A DNA stretch of 64,000 bases from an uncultured virus (IMG/VR IMGVR_UViG_3300002835_004837) (Duplodnaviria; Heunggongvirae; Uroviricota; Caudoviricetes). The notes under the pieces were generated by a model, which was given only the letters and a program-made list of their open reading frames with translations, was not told the DNA's origin and ran no database searches. The stretch lies in IMG/VR virus record IMGVR_UViG_3300002835_004837. One strand, given 5' to 3'. Made by a program: the position numbers and the translations under genes. Position 1 is the first letter of the stretch, and every line of letters begins with the position of its first letter. This document shows, one piece after another, positions 27,262-37,709 of the stretch.

Positions 27262-28986
27262 TCAACCCTCTTTTGTCAAGGTGCTAAAGTTCTTTACCTT
27301 CTCAAACTTGATAGTTCTTTCAAATCTATCAATCATTGTGTCCTTATGGGAAATGACAAACACATTAGTTCCTTCATGTCCGATATCCCACATGATACGG
27401 ATAAACTCATCAATACCGCTAGAGTCCATAGCACGATCTAGTATCTCATCGAACACAAGGATATTGACATTGACACTATTCTTTAGTTTGGCAATCTGTC
27501 GCCATGTTAGAAGAATAGCAAGGTCAATTCTTAACTTCTCTCCTTCTGAGAAATTGTGGTATGAGAACTCGTCTCGGTATCTAGACTTGATAGATTCTTC
27601 GAATGACTCATTGATATTAAAGTTGACGAAGAAGCCAAGTTTTGCAAGATACTTGTTGATGTGTTTGTTAATGATGGGTAGATACTGCTTAATGATCTTA
27701 GTTTTGATTCCACCATCTTTGAGTAGAGTAGTAGCGAGGTCGATGTATTGACGCTCATCTAAAAGGGTCTCCTTCTCCTTTTGGAGGGTGGAAATATCAT
27801 GTTGCACTGTTTCAAGTTGTCGTTCTGACTCTTGGGTGGTTTTATCTGACCCAGAGAAGGATTCAATCTGCTCAACAACTTGGCGCAGATTATTAGCAAT
27901 ATTGTTATAGGAAGACTTAGCAGATGCCAAGTCCATCTTAAGGATGTTGATGTTAGTAAGGATCTTTTCAATCTCATCGATTTCCGTTAGAACCGAGTCA
28001 ATCTGCTTTTCAACTTTATTTAGTCCGTCGGAAAGTTCATTGATCTTAACATCATTATCTTCGATCATCTTTTTTGAAAACTCAGGATCAATATCCTGAC
28101 GACAAGTCGGACATGTGCCTGTAGCTGCAAAGAAGTCAATGTCTTTGACATACTTATCACGATTAGCTTCCATCTTTGCTCTGAAAGATAGTAGCTTAGA
28201 ATGCTTAGACTTAAAAGGTGATAGATCAAGATCCTTTTCAAGAGCCTTCTCTAGCAAGACTTGACGATTAGCCACACCTTGCTTTTCAATAGCAACCTGT
28301 TCCTCTAGGCCCTGCTTCTTTGCTTCTAGTTCTCTTAGCTTTTCTTCACTGTTGGCCTTGAGTGAAGCGAGAGTCTTTTCGATATAAGACTTGTTTTCAT
28401 CCTTAGATGTTAGAATGACACGGTTCTTCTCCAAACCTTCACGATTAGCCTGTAGTCTATTCTTAACCACGGTTGACATGGCTGTAAAGATTTGAATGTC
28501 TAGAAGGTCTTCAATAACTGCACGGCGATCATTAGCTGATAGCTGCATGAATGGAACGAACGATGCCGAGCCGAGGATGACCACCTGTGTAAAGGACTTG
28601 AAGTTCATCTTAAGGATATGCTTCTCAAGATATTCTTGATAATCCTTCGCAGCGGCATCTTGATTCAACATGACACCATCACAATAGATTTGAAAGAGAT
28701 TTGGTTTTGCACCACGAACAACTTTATATCTTTTGTTGTTTATGGAAAACTCAATCTCAACCTCACAGTTCTTATTGTTGATAGAGTTTACAACATTACC
28801 CTTGTTCACCTTACGAAAAGGCTTACCGAATAGCACAAAAGTCAATGCGTCGAGGAAGGTTGACTTCCCCGACCCATTGTGGCCCATGATTAGAGTATTC
28901 TTGTGCGTATCTAGTTCAATTTCTGTCCATACATTACCTGCGGACAGAAAATTCTTCCACTTGACATAATGAAAAGTTATCATCAA
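27262..28986 (-). CDS. gp46: Recombination endonuclease ATPase subunit gp46 (Rad50-like)
   Basis: [12 protein letters not shown] zinc hook, FSEGEK, VFDE, VISH. Confidence 0.96.
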   Translation of the reverse strand: MMITFHYVKWKNFLSAGNVWTEIELDTHKNTLIMGHNGSGKSTFLDALTFVLFGKPFRKVNKGNVVNSINNKNCEVEIEFSINNKRYKVVRGAKPNLFQIYCDGVMLNQDAAAKDYQEYLEKHILKMNFKSFTQVVILGSASFVPFMQLSANDRRAVIEDLLDIQIFTAMSTVVKNRLQANREGLEKNRVILTSKDENKSYIEKTLASLKANSEEKLRELEAKKQGLEEQVAIEKQGVANRQVLLEKALEKDLDLSPFKSKHSKLLSFRAKMEANRDKYVKDIDFFAATGTCPTCRQDIDPEFSKKMIEDNDVKINELSDGLNKVEKQIDSVLTEIDEIEKILTNINILKMDLASAKSSYNNIANNLRQVVEQIESFSGSDKTTQESERQLETVQHDISTLQKEKETLLDERQYIDLATTLLKDGGIKTKIIKQYLPIINKHINKYLAKLGFFVNFNINESFEESIKSRYRDEFSYHNFSEGEKLRIDLAILLTWRQIAKLKNSVNVNILVFDEILDRAMDSSGIDEFIRIMWDIGHEGTNVFVISHKDTMIDRFERTIKFEKVKNFSTLTKEG

Positions 28987-30767
28987 AACTCTCTTGTTGG
29001 AATCTTACCCTCTAGTAGATCGGAGATTTCTTCACCCGATAGAGTTTCGTATTCTAACAGACCATTAGCAAGTTTGTCAAGGTCTTTTCTTTTCTCTGTA
29101 AGGATTTTCTTAGCAGTAAGATATCCTTCTTCAACAAGCCGCTTGATTTCCATATCGACTACCTTCTGAGTTTCTTCGGCAATCTTTGGTGCATGGAACA
29201 TATCTGCACCTGGTGTTGAGTATGCCATACGACCTAGAACAGGAGAGAAACCATACTCGGTGACCATAGAACGAGCAAGTTGAGTTGCCATCTGAATGTC
29301 ACCAGATGCACCAGAAGATACCTTGTCATCACCAAAGATCATTTCTTCTGCTACACGACCACCCATAGCCATTGCTAGATTGGCGATCATTTCATCATAG
29401 TGCATGGAGATTTTATCTCGCTCTGGTAGGGACTGAACCATACCCAAAGCACGACCACGAGGAATGATTGTTGCTTTGTGAATTGGAACAGAACCAGGCA
29501 TGTTAAGAGAGACTAGAGCATGACCAGCTTCGTGATATGCAGTCATCTTCTTTTCTTCGTCAGTCATCATTAGTGAACGACGCTCAGGACCCATAAGGAT
29601 CTTATCACGAGCATCTTCAAACTCCATACTAGTAACGATACGCTTTGATCTTCTAGCAGCAAGCAAAGCCGCTTCATTGACTAGATTAGCAAGGTCAGCA
29701 CCAGAGAAGCCAGGTGTTCCCTTTGCAACTCGCTTTAGATCAACATCAGAACCAATTGGAACCTTGCGAGTATGAACCTTAAGGATCTTTTCACGACCAA
29801 TAAAGTCTGGGTTAGGAACTTGAATCTGACGATCAAAACGACCAGGGCGCAATAGAGCCTTATCTAGAACATCTGCACGGTTTGTAGCAGCGACAATGAT
29901 AATGCCTTCATTAGTTTCAAAGCCATCCATTTCAACTAGCATAGCGTTTAGTGTTTGATCACGCTCATCATTACCTGATATACCGTTTGCTCTTGAACGA
30001 CCAACAGCATCGATTTCGTCAATGAAGATAATGCATGGTGCATTCTTCTTTGCTTGTTCAAACATATCTCTAACACGACTAGCACCAACGCCGACGAACA
30101 TTTCAACGAAGTCGGAACCAGAGATAGAGAAGAAAGGAACATTTGCTTCACCAGCAACCGCTCTTGCTAACAGTGTCTTACCTGTTCCTGGAGGTCCGAC
30201 GAGTAGAACACCCTTTGGAATCTTTCCACCAAGTCTATGAAACTTTTCTGGTGATTGTAGAAACTCTACAACCTCTTGCAAGTCTTCTTTGGCATGATCA
30301 ACACCAGCAACATCATCGAATGTTACCTTAGTCTGATTTTCAGTAAGAAGTTTGGCCTTAGACTTACCAAGTCCCATAACACCGCCCGGACCTCCGGCTC
30401 GACCTCGTGATAGAAAAATCCATAGTGCGAAGAATAGGAAAACAGGAAGTAGATTGATCAATAGACCAAACCAAAAATTACCTTGTTCTTCTTTAACTGT
30501 GATATTTACTTTGTGCTGTTCAAGGCGAGGGAGTAGATTACTAACTCCGGTGACTGTGGTGGTGAACTGTCGGTTATCCATATAATGTCCGACAACTTCG
30601 GTTCCTATAATTGTTACATCATGAACTCTTCCAGCATCGACTTGTGCAATAAAGTCACTGTAGCCGATTTCACTGATTGCTTTCTGTTTAGGATTATCAA
30701 ACATAAAGGCAACTAGACCGATGGTCAGTCCAATAAGTATAATCCATGGTAAATTCTTTTTAATCAT
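28983..30767 (-). CDS. ftsH: ATP-dependent zinc metalloprotease FtsH
   Basis: Two TM helices, [24 protein letters not shown]...[14 protein letters not shown] zinc motif, GGRVAEE, GASGD. Confidence 0.97.
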   Translation of the reverse strand: MIKKNLPWIILIGLTIGLVAFMFDNPKQKAISEIGYSDFIAQVDAGRVHDVTIIGTEVVGHYMDNRQFTTTVTGVSNLLPRLEQHKVNITVKEEQGNFWFGLLINLLPVFLFFALWIFLSRGRAGGPGGVMGLGKSKAKLLTENQTKVTFDDVAGVDHAKEDLQEVVEFLQSPEKFHRLGGKIPKGVLLVGPPGTGKTLLARAVAGEANVPFFSISGSDFVEMFVGVGASRVRDMFEQAKKNAPCIIFIDEIDAVGRSRANGISGNDERDQTLNAMLVEMDGFETNEGIIIVAATNRADVLDKALLRPGRFDRQIQVPNPDFIGREKILKVHTRKVPIGSDVDLKRVAKGTPGFSGADLANLVNEAALLAARRSKRIVTSMEFEDARDKILMGPERRSLMMTDEEKKMTAYHEAGHALVSLNMPGSVPIHKATIIPRGRALGMVQSLPERDKISMHYDEMIANLAMAMGGRVAEEMIFGDDKVSSGASGDIQMATQLARSMVTEYGFSPVLGRMAYSTPGADMFHAPKIAEETQKVVDMEIKRLVEEGYLTAKKILTEKRKDLDKLANGLLEYETLSGEEISDLLEGKIPTREF

Positions 30768-30793
30768 ATCAAACTTCCTTAAGTTTATCGAAG

Positions 30794-30801
30794 TATTTAT
30801 A
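30794..30801 (-). promoter_or_regulatory. T4-type late promoter TATAAATA upstream of ftsH
   Basis: Exact consensus overlapping the gp47 stop codon. Confidence 0.55.
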
Positions 30802-31873
30802 CAGTCTCGACCTGTAAGGCCTCATTGTATATGTCCATCATAAAGTGTTTCATTTTACCGCTATCTAATGGTAATGTTAGCGTATCGATATACTTACGAA
30901 GGATCGTAGGGGTATCTTCCGCTTCATTTACTTCGTCTGCTTCTTCGTTCTCTAAGAGAACTGTTGGATCTTCTACGACCGTGATATCTAAAGGACTTGC
31001 CTTATAGATAGAATCAAATAGTAGATCGAAGGCATATGGGTTAGACTTATTGATAACAACAAGCTTAACATAAGTATTCTTATATCTAGAAAAGTCTGTT
31101 TTCTGTATCTTCTCTACGATTTCAGGATTAGCAACATCATCATACTTTGCAATCCTAAACATTCTATATGGATTCTGGACGAACTCTAAAACTCTGGACC
31201 CCGTATCAAATAACGAAAAACCTCGGGGATCATTATAATCATGCCAAGTATATTCTCCAAAAGCGCCAATATAGGATACATTACCAATAGTGCTACGATG
31301 ATGATAGTGACCTGAATATACCTTATCAAATTTATCAAATGCGATGCGTTCCATACCATGGTCTGATATCTGTCCTCTATGCATTGTAAAGCCTGTCAAC
31401 TCAAGGTGACCCATGAGAATAGATGCTTTAGGTTTGGTGATTGCTTCTAGTGCTTCTGCACGATTGGAGTCTGTGATCCATGGCATTAGCTGAATGTCTA
31501 AGCCATCAATGTTGATGATTTCAGGAACTGAATAGATGTTAATATTAGAGTATCTACCACGGACAACTTCGTCTAGAGCATTGACCTCGTGAGTATCTTT
31601 GTAATACATATCATGATTACCAACAACGATATGCGTTTCAATACCTCTTTCTGCTAGAGGTTCAAAGAAATCTTCACGAAGGCGCTTGGCAGACATAAAG
31701 TTGATATACTTACGGCGATCATAGATATCACCAAGATGAATGATATGCTTGATACCATGTTCATCAATCTGATTGAAAAACCATTGCCAACATTGCTTTT
31801 GATACAACTGAAATGCCGGGTTGTCATTTCTGACCCCGGCATGTGTATCTGTTACCATCGCAATCTTTGCCAT
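30797..31873 (-). CDS. gp47: Recombination endonuclease nuclease subunit gp47 (Mre11-like)
   Basis: TDTH, GDIYD, GNHD, GHLE, SGHYH metallophosphoesterase motifs. Confidence 0.95.
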   Translation of the reverse strand: MAKIAMVTDTHAGVRNDNPAFQLYQKQCWQWFFNQIDEHGIKHIIHLGDIYDRRKYINFMSAKRLREDFFEPLAERGIETHIVVGNHDMYYKDTHEVNALDEVVRGRYSNINIYSVPEIINIDGLDIQLMPWITDSNRAEALEAITKPKASILMGHLELTGFTMHRGQISDHGMERIAFDKFDKVYSGHYHHRSTIGNVSYIGAFGEYTWHDYNDPRGFSLFDTGSRVLEFVQNPYRMFRIAKYDDVANPEIVEKIQKTDFSRYKNTYVKLVVINKSNPYAFDLLFDSIYKASPLDITVVEDPTVLLENEEADEVNEAEDTPTILRKYIDTLTLPLDSGKMKHFMMDIYNEALQVETV

Positions 31874-31911
31874 ACCCAATCCTTAAAGTCTAGTATTAAG
31901 TTCAAAGAAAC

Positions 31912-31940
31912 AGTATATATCATAAAGATGATATTGTCAA
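31912..31940 (-). promoter_or_regulatory. sigma70-type promoter for gp47
   Basis: TTGACA-N17-TATACT. Confidence 0.8.
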
Positions 31941-32119
31941 TCGTCTTTGGTAATTTCATTATAGATATCAACCTCGGATTGTCTTATCCATCCCAAATTG
32001 ATCATTCTACGAAACACCTTCTGCTTATCCTCAGGGTTAAGCGGAACAGGTTCTACGATCTTATCACAAAACCATTCTAAGTTTTGCTCAATCTCTTTAA
32101 CAATATCATCCGTGTCCAT
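31937..32119 (-). CDS. Hypothetical protein
   Basis: ORF track; TAATG coupling. Confidence 0.6.
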   Translation of the reverse strand: MDTDDIVKEIEQNLEWFCDKIVEPVPLNPEDKQKVFRRMINLGWIRQSEVDIYNEITKDD

Positions 32120-32322
32120 TATCGTGGTCCCATCTTATATCGAGTTGACTGAACCATTTCCTGATCATATTCTAGTAAAGCCTTATCAATAGCTTTACGA
32201 ATACCTTCTAGTCTCATTCGATAGTTACTACGAATATGAACACGCTCACCTTTATTCTTAAGGGATGTGATCAATGTCTGTACCTGAAAGGGCACATCAT
32301 ACTGATTCTCTTCCGTCATCAT
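32119..32322 (-). CDS. Hypothetical protein (conserved position downstream of gp55)
   Basis: ORF with SD GGAG; overlaps the gp55 end. Confidence 0.6.
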   Translation of the reverse strand: MMTEENQYDVPFQVQTLITSLKNKGERVHIRSNYRMRLEGIRKAIDKALLEYDQEMVQSTRYKMGPR

Positions 32323-32884
32323 TCTCTCCTTCAACAAACTTTTCTAAGCCTTCCTTGGCCTTCTTTCTTTCGAGTTTCTTTAGAAGTTCTCTTTCCTCAA
32401 AATCTCGTATGAAGTCATTAATGTTATCATAGATGTTTGAAGAAATCAAGTGATTTCCATCGGCATCAATCATAAGTGAGGCATCATTAGTATGCAGAAC
32501 ACTTTCTTGAAACCTCTTATACATTATATATTTGTTCTTCTTTTCTTTGTTCTTCCTTCTCTGAAAGGCGTAGTAACTAATCTGTGTGAAGTATGCAAAG
32601 GGGTTCTCTGACTTCTCGGGATTGAAGTTATCGAAATACATGAAACAGTTTTCAATTGCATCCGATATCATTTCATCACGATATGAGTAGTTCATGAACA
32701 AAGGCTTGGTGCTAAGATGCTCCGCAATGTCCTTAATACACTTACCAATGTAGTTTGAGATAACAGGCTTTGTTAGTCCATGCTGTTCTGCATAGGCACA
32801 CTGTTTCTTGTATTCTACAATCTCTTCCAAAAACTTCTTATTATCTACATAATGACGCTTAACTTTTTTTGCCATTTTATTCAC
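32297..32884 (-). CDS. gp55: Late-transcription sigma factor gp55
   Basis: HYVDNKKFL, YIGKCI..IA..LS, FMNYSYRDEMISDAIENC, NPFAYFTQI. Confidence 0.95.
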   Translation of the reverse strand: MNKMAKKVKRHYVDNKKFLEEIVEYKKQCAYAEQHGLTKPVISNYIGKCIKDIAEHLSTKPLFMNYSYRDEMISDAIENCFMYFDNFNPEKSENPFAYFTQISYYAFQRRKNKEKKNKYIMYKRFQESVLHTNDASLMIDADGNHLISSNIYDNINDFIRDFEERELLKKLERKKAKEGLEKFVEGENDDGRESV

Positions 32885-32902
32885 TTTCTTTCATTTTTGG
32901 GC

Positions 32903-32931
32903 TTGACAACATTTTCAACTTAGGGTATAAT
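32903..32931 (+). promoter_or_regulatory. sigma70 consensus promoter on the plus strand, antisense to the gene flow
   Basis: TTGACA-N17-TATAAT exact. Confidence 0.8.
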
Positions 32932-33014
32932 GGTCTTTAAGAAACCACCACCTAAACCTTAACCAAGAGCAACCGTCGAGCGAAGCGAGACAAACTTGCG
33001 TTAGCAAGTTCACC

Positions 33015-33320
33015 TTACTTGAACCCTGGTTCGGTAAGTGTAATAAGTTTCGCTATCTGCTTCTCAAGGATAGGACCTCTGTTAGGCCACTTGATGATAG
33101 GCTGATCGGAGTTCTTTGCTAGGTTCTGTAGCAAAGGCATATAAATCTTCCTAATAGCTTCTAATCTCTTTTTAAGATCGGCCACTTCGTCTTGTGTCGG
33201 TGCGATGGCGTCTGCGATAATGTCGTCTTCGTTACCGAAAGAAAAGCCGAAATCATCGGTTAGGTCCGCATCGTCAAATGTGAGATATGGATTAGTTTCT
33301 TTTGTGGTGGTCGTTGCCAT
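33015..33320 (-). CDS. Hypothetical protein
   Basis: DFGFS...IMPLLQNL..IIKWPNR; ORF track. Confidence 0.7.
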   Translation of the reverse strand: MATTTTKETNPYLTFDDADLTDDFGFSFGNEDDIIADAIAPTQDEVADLKKRLEAIRKIYMPLLQNLAKNSDQPIIKWPNRGPILEKQIAKLITLTEPGFK

Positions 33321-33733
33321 TAGTGATATATCCTTTTCTGTGCGAATGCTTCAAGAGCCTCGGCTATACTATCTTCCTGTTCTTCTGTAAGACTTAGTTC
33401 GTCATTGGCAGGATCATTATACTTTAGGTACTCACTAACACTTTCCCAATAGGACGCATTAGTTTTTTCTGATACATCTGTTATTATCATAATTTTTTCG
33501 GATTGTAAAGTAAATTCTTGCGTTTCAACCATTCTAGGAAAGACCCATGGCATAAAAGCAATACTATAGAAGCCAGTTTTCTCAGAAGGTATATAAACAA
33601 CTTTAAGAGGATGATAAAGATGATACATTAGATTATCATCATCACCAACCTCTACTACTTCCGCTATTAAATCATCCCCATTATCGAGACGAATAAACTT
33701 TGCTCTAGGATATTCACTGTAATCATCCATCAT
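33320..33733 (-). CDS. Hypothetical protein (Sm-like, conserved between uvsW and gp55 in T4-like phages)
   Basis: FIRLDNGDDLIAEV...HPLKV...FMPW. Confidence 0.7.
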   Translation of the reverse strand: MMDDYSEYPRAKFIRLDNGDDLIAEVVEVGDDDNLMYHLYHPLKVVYIPSEKTGFYSIAFMPWVFPRMVETQEFTLQSEKIMIITDVSEKTNASYWESVSEYLKYNDPANDELSLTEEQEDSIAEALEAFAQKRIYH

Positions 33734-35205
33734 CTATCCTTCATGTTTATTTTGTAGATTTTGAACTCGAACCCTTCTTCACCATAGACTTTGAGTCTTT
33801 CAAAGAAATGCTTAAGGGTAAAGTTCTCTCTTGCTTTCCACTTAAAGTCATCGGCAATGTCATAGAGAGTGGCGGATTTTTTCTTGTCACTAACCCGAAG
33901 CCCTCTACCGATTGATTGTAAGTTACGGATCTTGGACTTGGAAGGAGATGCAAATATGACGTTATCCAAGGCCACGATGTTAGTACCAGTAGACAAAACA
34001 CCAACGGACCCAACAATAATAGCATTACGCTCGTTCTCGACGATCCTTCGAATTTCTTCTCGGTCTTCAACCTCAGTTCCTCCATGTATATAAAATACTT
34101 TTCTGCCTTCTTTTACACGCTTATTTAGCATGTCGTATAAAACGGCTCCATGCTTCTCCACATAGTTAAATAGCAGTAGAGTATTGCCCTCTAAGGAGAG
34201 GGCAAGATTTACAATGAACTTGTTTCGCTCCTTATTAGATACAATATAGTCAATCTCTGCCTGATAGTCGGCAGTCTTCATATACTGACATTCTTCGTCA
34301 GAGTATTTTAGCAACAGGCACTTGATGGTTAGTTTAGCAAGCTGTTCCTTATCCATCAGTTCTTTAGATGTAGTTGCTTTATAGATTTCACCAAACAAAC
34401 CGGTAAGCACCCATTCATGCGTCTTAGCACCAGATAGAGTACCAGTAACACCGATACGATACGCAGCATTGGTACACTTAGAAATGATATCAGATAGTGC
34501 CTTTGCTTGTGCTTGATGAACTTCGTCACAGATTACATAATCAAACTTCTGAAAGTATTCTTTAGGTAATCTTTGTAGTGACTGCCAGGTAGATATGATG
34601 ATAGGATGCTCTGCCTCTTTATCACGACCTGAATATACTCTCCAACAATACTTATTCATATCCTTACCATTCTTTACAGAATAGTCTTGAAAGTCGGAGA
34701 ATAACTGTTCTACAAGCGCCGACCTAGGAACGATGATAAGACCTCTCTTCCCTTTGGTAAGCAAATACATAGAGACCAAGTAAAGAAGCAAAGACTTGCC
34801 TGAACCAGTAGGAGACAGCACAAGACGACGCTTAGAGCGTATTGCGTGAACGAAAGAGTTAAGCTGATAGTCTCTAGGAGGATGCTTGGGGTTGAGTTTT
34901 TCAATAAACTCATTTGCTTCTTCCACTGAAAATGATGTGCCATACTGTTCATCCTCATACTCATAGGTATAACCTCTCTTGCGTATCCACTCCATTACCT
35001 GAGGAGCAAGACCACGAAGAATGATACGCTTATTGGCATCAAAGAGGCGAAGATATCCATCCCAGAGTTTCATTTTGTAAGAAGGGACAAATTGAAACCC
35101 GGGAGGACGGAATGAGAATGCGTCTCTGAGTTCCCATGCTACACCTTCACTACAGGTGACATGAATATAAGACTCATTCAAATTCCTAATGATCAAGTGT
35201 TCCAT
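33730..35205 (-). CDS. uvsW: SF2 helicase UvsW
   Basis: PRDYQ, SPTGSGKS, DEVH, TGT, LQSIGRGLR. Confidence 0.95.
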   Translation of the reverse strand: MEHLIIRNLNESYIHVTCSEGVAWELRDAFSFRPPGFQFVPSYKMKLWDGYLRLFDANKRIILRGLAPQVMEWIRKRGYTYEYEDEQYGTSFSVEEANEFIEKLNPKHPPRDYQLNSFVHAIRSKRRLVLSPTGSGKSLLLYLVSMYLLTKGKRGLIIVPRSALVEQLFSDFQDYSVKNGKDMNKYCWRVYSGRDKEAEHPIIISTWQSLQRLPKEYFQKFDYVICDEVHQAQAKALSDIISKCTNAAYRIGVTGTLSGAKTHEWVLTGLFGEIYKATTSKELMDKEQLAKLTIKCLLLKYSDEECQYMKTADYQAEIDYIVSNKERNKFIVNLALSLEGNTLLLFNYVEKHGAVLYDMLNKRVKEGRKVFYIHGGTEVEDREEIRRIVENERNAIIVGSVGVLSTGTNIVALDNVIFASPSKSKIRNLQSIGRGLRVSDKKKSATLYDIADDFKWKARENFTLKHFFERLKVYGEEGFEFKIYKINMKDR

Positions 35206-35657
35206 TATCTACCGTCAAAGTGCTTTCTATAGTCTGTGTATGTCTTTAGGTCCCATGTGCGATTGTTTAGAGATTTAAGAACAAACTCGCAATAGGAGAC
35301 AATTTCTTCGTGTGCTATTTTCTTAAGCAACAGTTTATTTAGTTCGGGATCAGTTTCGAGTAGTCTAGCAATCTTGGGGTTAGAATGAACATGCTGCATA
35401 TACTCCCAACCACGCTTATCACATTCTTCCTGTGTAAGATGACCAGCATAGTAATCTTCACGCAAGCCTTTCATGTTTTTAAAGTCCGTATCTATCTTAC
35501 GGACAAGATGACGATGATAGGACATAATGTTAAGATACTTACCGTGTAGATTGGAAATCTTCAAGAGTTCCAAATCAATAGCGGAAGAATCGAGTTTAGT
35601 ATCCTCTGACCATTCCTTCATCAAATCTTCAATAGCTACTGGTGGTTTAAGATTCAC
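35205..35657 (-). CDS. uvsY: Recombination mediator UvsY
   Basis: EW..D..LD...LHGKYL, LKSLNNRTWDLK; synteny with uvsW and gp3. Confidence 0.85.
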   Translation of the reverse strand: MNLKPPVAIEDLMKEWSEDTKLDSSAIDLELLKISNLHGKYLNIMSYHRHLVRKIDTDFKNMKGLREDYYAGHLTQEECDKRGWEYMQHVHSNPKIARLLETDPELNKLLLKKIAHEEIVSYCEFVLKSLNNRTWDLKTYTDYRKHFDGR

Positions 35658-35688
35658 CGCATACCTCCATGTGACAAAAATACTAACA

Positions 35689-35717
35689 ATTATAGTGGAA
35701 ATAAACGGTTATGTCAA
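35689..35717 (-). promoter_or_regulatory. sigma70-type promoter for uvsY-uvsW
   Basis: TTGACA-N17-TATAAT. Confidence 0.85.
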
Positions 35718-36233
35718 GCGTTCAATTTCAAACACATCGTAACGGAATGTGAAGTCTGCGGTAGGAATGTTATCAGCATCTTGCTTGGTGTCAAAGTTGA
35801 TACCGCCAACATCTGTGGGGTGACAGTTCAAGAATTTGATACGAATATTAGGATTGTTAGAGTTTGTATTGATTGTTAGATATCCATCAAAGTAAAGAGG
35901 ATTAGTATCTTTCAATGATCTTCTTGGATACTTATCAAGATTAGAAGATTGTCCTAGACTATTCATCCACTTGTATGTTTCATGCCATACACGCAAATCT
36001 TCGTCCATCAATGCGGTAATCACTAATGGCTCAAATGTCATTTTACTGCCGTGTCTATATGTATCAACGAAAGGAGTAGGAACAGCAATAGGAGTTAATG
36101 ACACAGAAGGAATTGTGACTGTCTGACAAAAGTATCTTAGAAATGGCTTATCAGGAATAAAGAAAGTAAACTTCGTAGGTTGAAGAATAGATGTATTCTC
36201 TGGTGTAGTTGTCAGAACTGATTTGGTTGTCAT
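35709..36233 (-). CDS. gp3: Tail tube terminator/completion protein gp3
   Basis: LQPTKF, YFCQTVTIPSVS, MDEDL..W.E.YKWM; position after gp23. Confidence 0.88.
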   Translation of the reverse strand: MTTKSVLTTTPENTSILQPTKFTFFIPDKPFLRYFCQTVTIPSVSLTPIAVPTPFVDTYRHGSKMTFEPLVITALMDEDLRVWHETYKWMNSLGQSSNLDKYPRRSLKDTNPLYFDGYLTINTNSNNPNIRIKFLNCHPTDVGGINFDTKQDADNIPTADFTFRYDVFEIERLT

Positions 36234-36250
36234 TAGATTCCTCCGTCAGT

Positions 36251-36257
36251 TATTTAG
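36251..36257 (-). promoter_or_regulatory. Late promoter core CTAAATA upstream of gp3
   Basis: The same (C/A)TAAATA core recurs before gp22 (39174), gp20 (45033), gp19 (45659), gp18 (47576) and the fibre gene (54266). Confidence 0.65.
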
Positions 36258-36261
36258 TCAT

Positions 36262-36289
36262 AAAAAAAGCGGAGCCCGAAGGCCCCGCT
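36262..36289 (-). terminator. Rho-independent terminator after gp23
   Basis: GCGGGGCC-TTCG-GGCTCCGC followed by T7. Confidence 0.9.
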
Positions 36290-36320
36290 CTTAAGTTTTG
36301 GCTTTCGCCACGCATCTAAC

Positions 36321-37670
36321 TTAGGTTAGATTGCGAACACGGAAGATACGGTAGTAGATGTTTGCCTGACCGGAAACATCACGGCTACCAACAACGCCGT
36401 CACCAGCGGTGGTTGCGAATGGGTTAGCAACCATGCCGTAACGAGTCTTGAAGCCAATCTTTGGCTGGAAGGTATCCTGACCGATTGCACGGACCATCTG
36501 TAGTGGAACGTATGGGCAGTAGAATAGACCAGCGTCGAATGGTGAAGAACCACGATAACCAACGGTTACTAGCTCGTCGCCGTTTGCTGAACCACCGAAG
36601 TAAGGATCGATATAAACCTTAATACGGCCGTGTAGCATACCAACGAAGGTGTTGCCAGTATCGTCAACGGTTAGGTCGGCTGATAGGGCTGGGGTGTAAG
36701 AAAGAACACCAGCCATAGCCATAGCAGATGCAACGTCTGATGAAACGATCAGAACGTTACCCTTACCACGGCGGGTAGCCTTAGCAATAGCATTAGCTTC
36801 ACGCTCAATGTGGAAGATAAGTCCCTTGAACTTCTCAACTGACCAACGGCCGTTTGAGTCTGTGTCAAGATCGAATGTACCAGCGGTTGTAACACCATAC
36901 TGAGCACCAACTGTTGCTGAACGATAAATTGTGCGGATAACCTCACGATTGATTTCAGCAAGAATCTCTGTTGAGAGAATGTTGGCTAGCTCGGTCTCAG
37001 CATCAAGGCCGTGAATTGCCTTAAGATCCTGAGCAAGCTCGGTGGTGTATTCTGCCTTTAGCGCACGGCTGCGAGCAGTAACAGTAACCTTATCGATGGC
37101 GAAAGCCATTTCAGCGAATGCGTTTGAAGCTGCATCGCCTAGTGCTTCTGCCTGTGCTGTGGTCATACCAACGCCAGTTGGGAATGAGTTAGCAGTCCAG
37201 TTAGCACCTTCTGCGAATGGGTTATTGTTGCCGGCTGGCTGTGAACCGTTAAGAGCAGAAGTATTACCGGTTGCATTCTGTGATGAGAAAGCAGTATTGG
37301 CTTCATAGAATAGAGCCTCGCTGCCACCCATTGACTTATACTTTGAACGCATTGCGAAGATTAGGCCGGTTGGACCGGTCATTGGCTGAACGCCGCAAAC
37401 GTCATAAGCGATTAGGTTTGGAAGCGCACGGCGAACTAGGGAGATAAGAATTGGGTCGTATGAAGCGACATTAGTTCCGGTACCTAGACCACCACCAGAG
37501 TTAGTTGGAGCGGCTTCGTTTAGTGTGCGGCTTTCCTCAGCCATTGCCTTTTCCTGGTTCTCAAGAATAACGGCAGTAACGGCACGACGATAAGCATCCT
37601 TGATCTTACCAGCGCCGTCGTGGTCAAGAACTGGGGACCACTTGTTTTCTAGCTGTTCTGTTAAATACAT
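36321..37670 (-). CDS. gp23: Major capsid protein gp23
   Basis: KWSPVL, ILENQ, VQPMTGPTGLIFAMR, SRALKAEYT.ELAQDLKAIHG, FYCPYVPL, GFKTRYG. Confidence 0.98.
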   Translation of the reverse strand: MYLTEQLENKWSPVLDHDGAGKIKDAYRRAVTAVILENQEKAMAEESRTLNEAAPTNSGGGLGTGTNVASYDPILISLVRRALPNLIAYDVCGVQPMTGPTGLIFAMRSKYKSMGGSEALFYEANTAFSSQNATGNTSALNGSQPAGNNNPFAEGANWTANSFPTGVGMTTAQAEALGDAASNAFAEMAFAIDKVTVTARSRALKAEYTTELAQDLKAIHGLDAETELANILSTEILAEINREVIRTIYRSATVGAQYGVTTAGTFDLDTDSNGRWSVEKFKGLIFHIEREANAIAKATRRGKGNVLIVSSDVASAMAMAGVLSYTPALSADLTVDDTGNTFVGMLHGRIKVYIDPYFGGSANGDELVTVGYRGSSPFDAGLFYCPYVPLQMVRAIGQDTFQPKIGFKTRYGMVANPFATTAGDGVVGSRDVSGQANIYYRIFRVRNLT

Positions 37671-37709
37671 TTTAGTTTCCTTCTTTCTGTTAACTAAAGT
37701 TAGTTTAAA

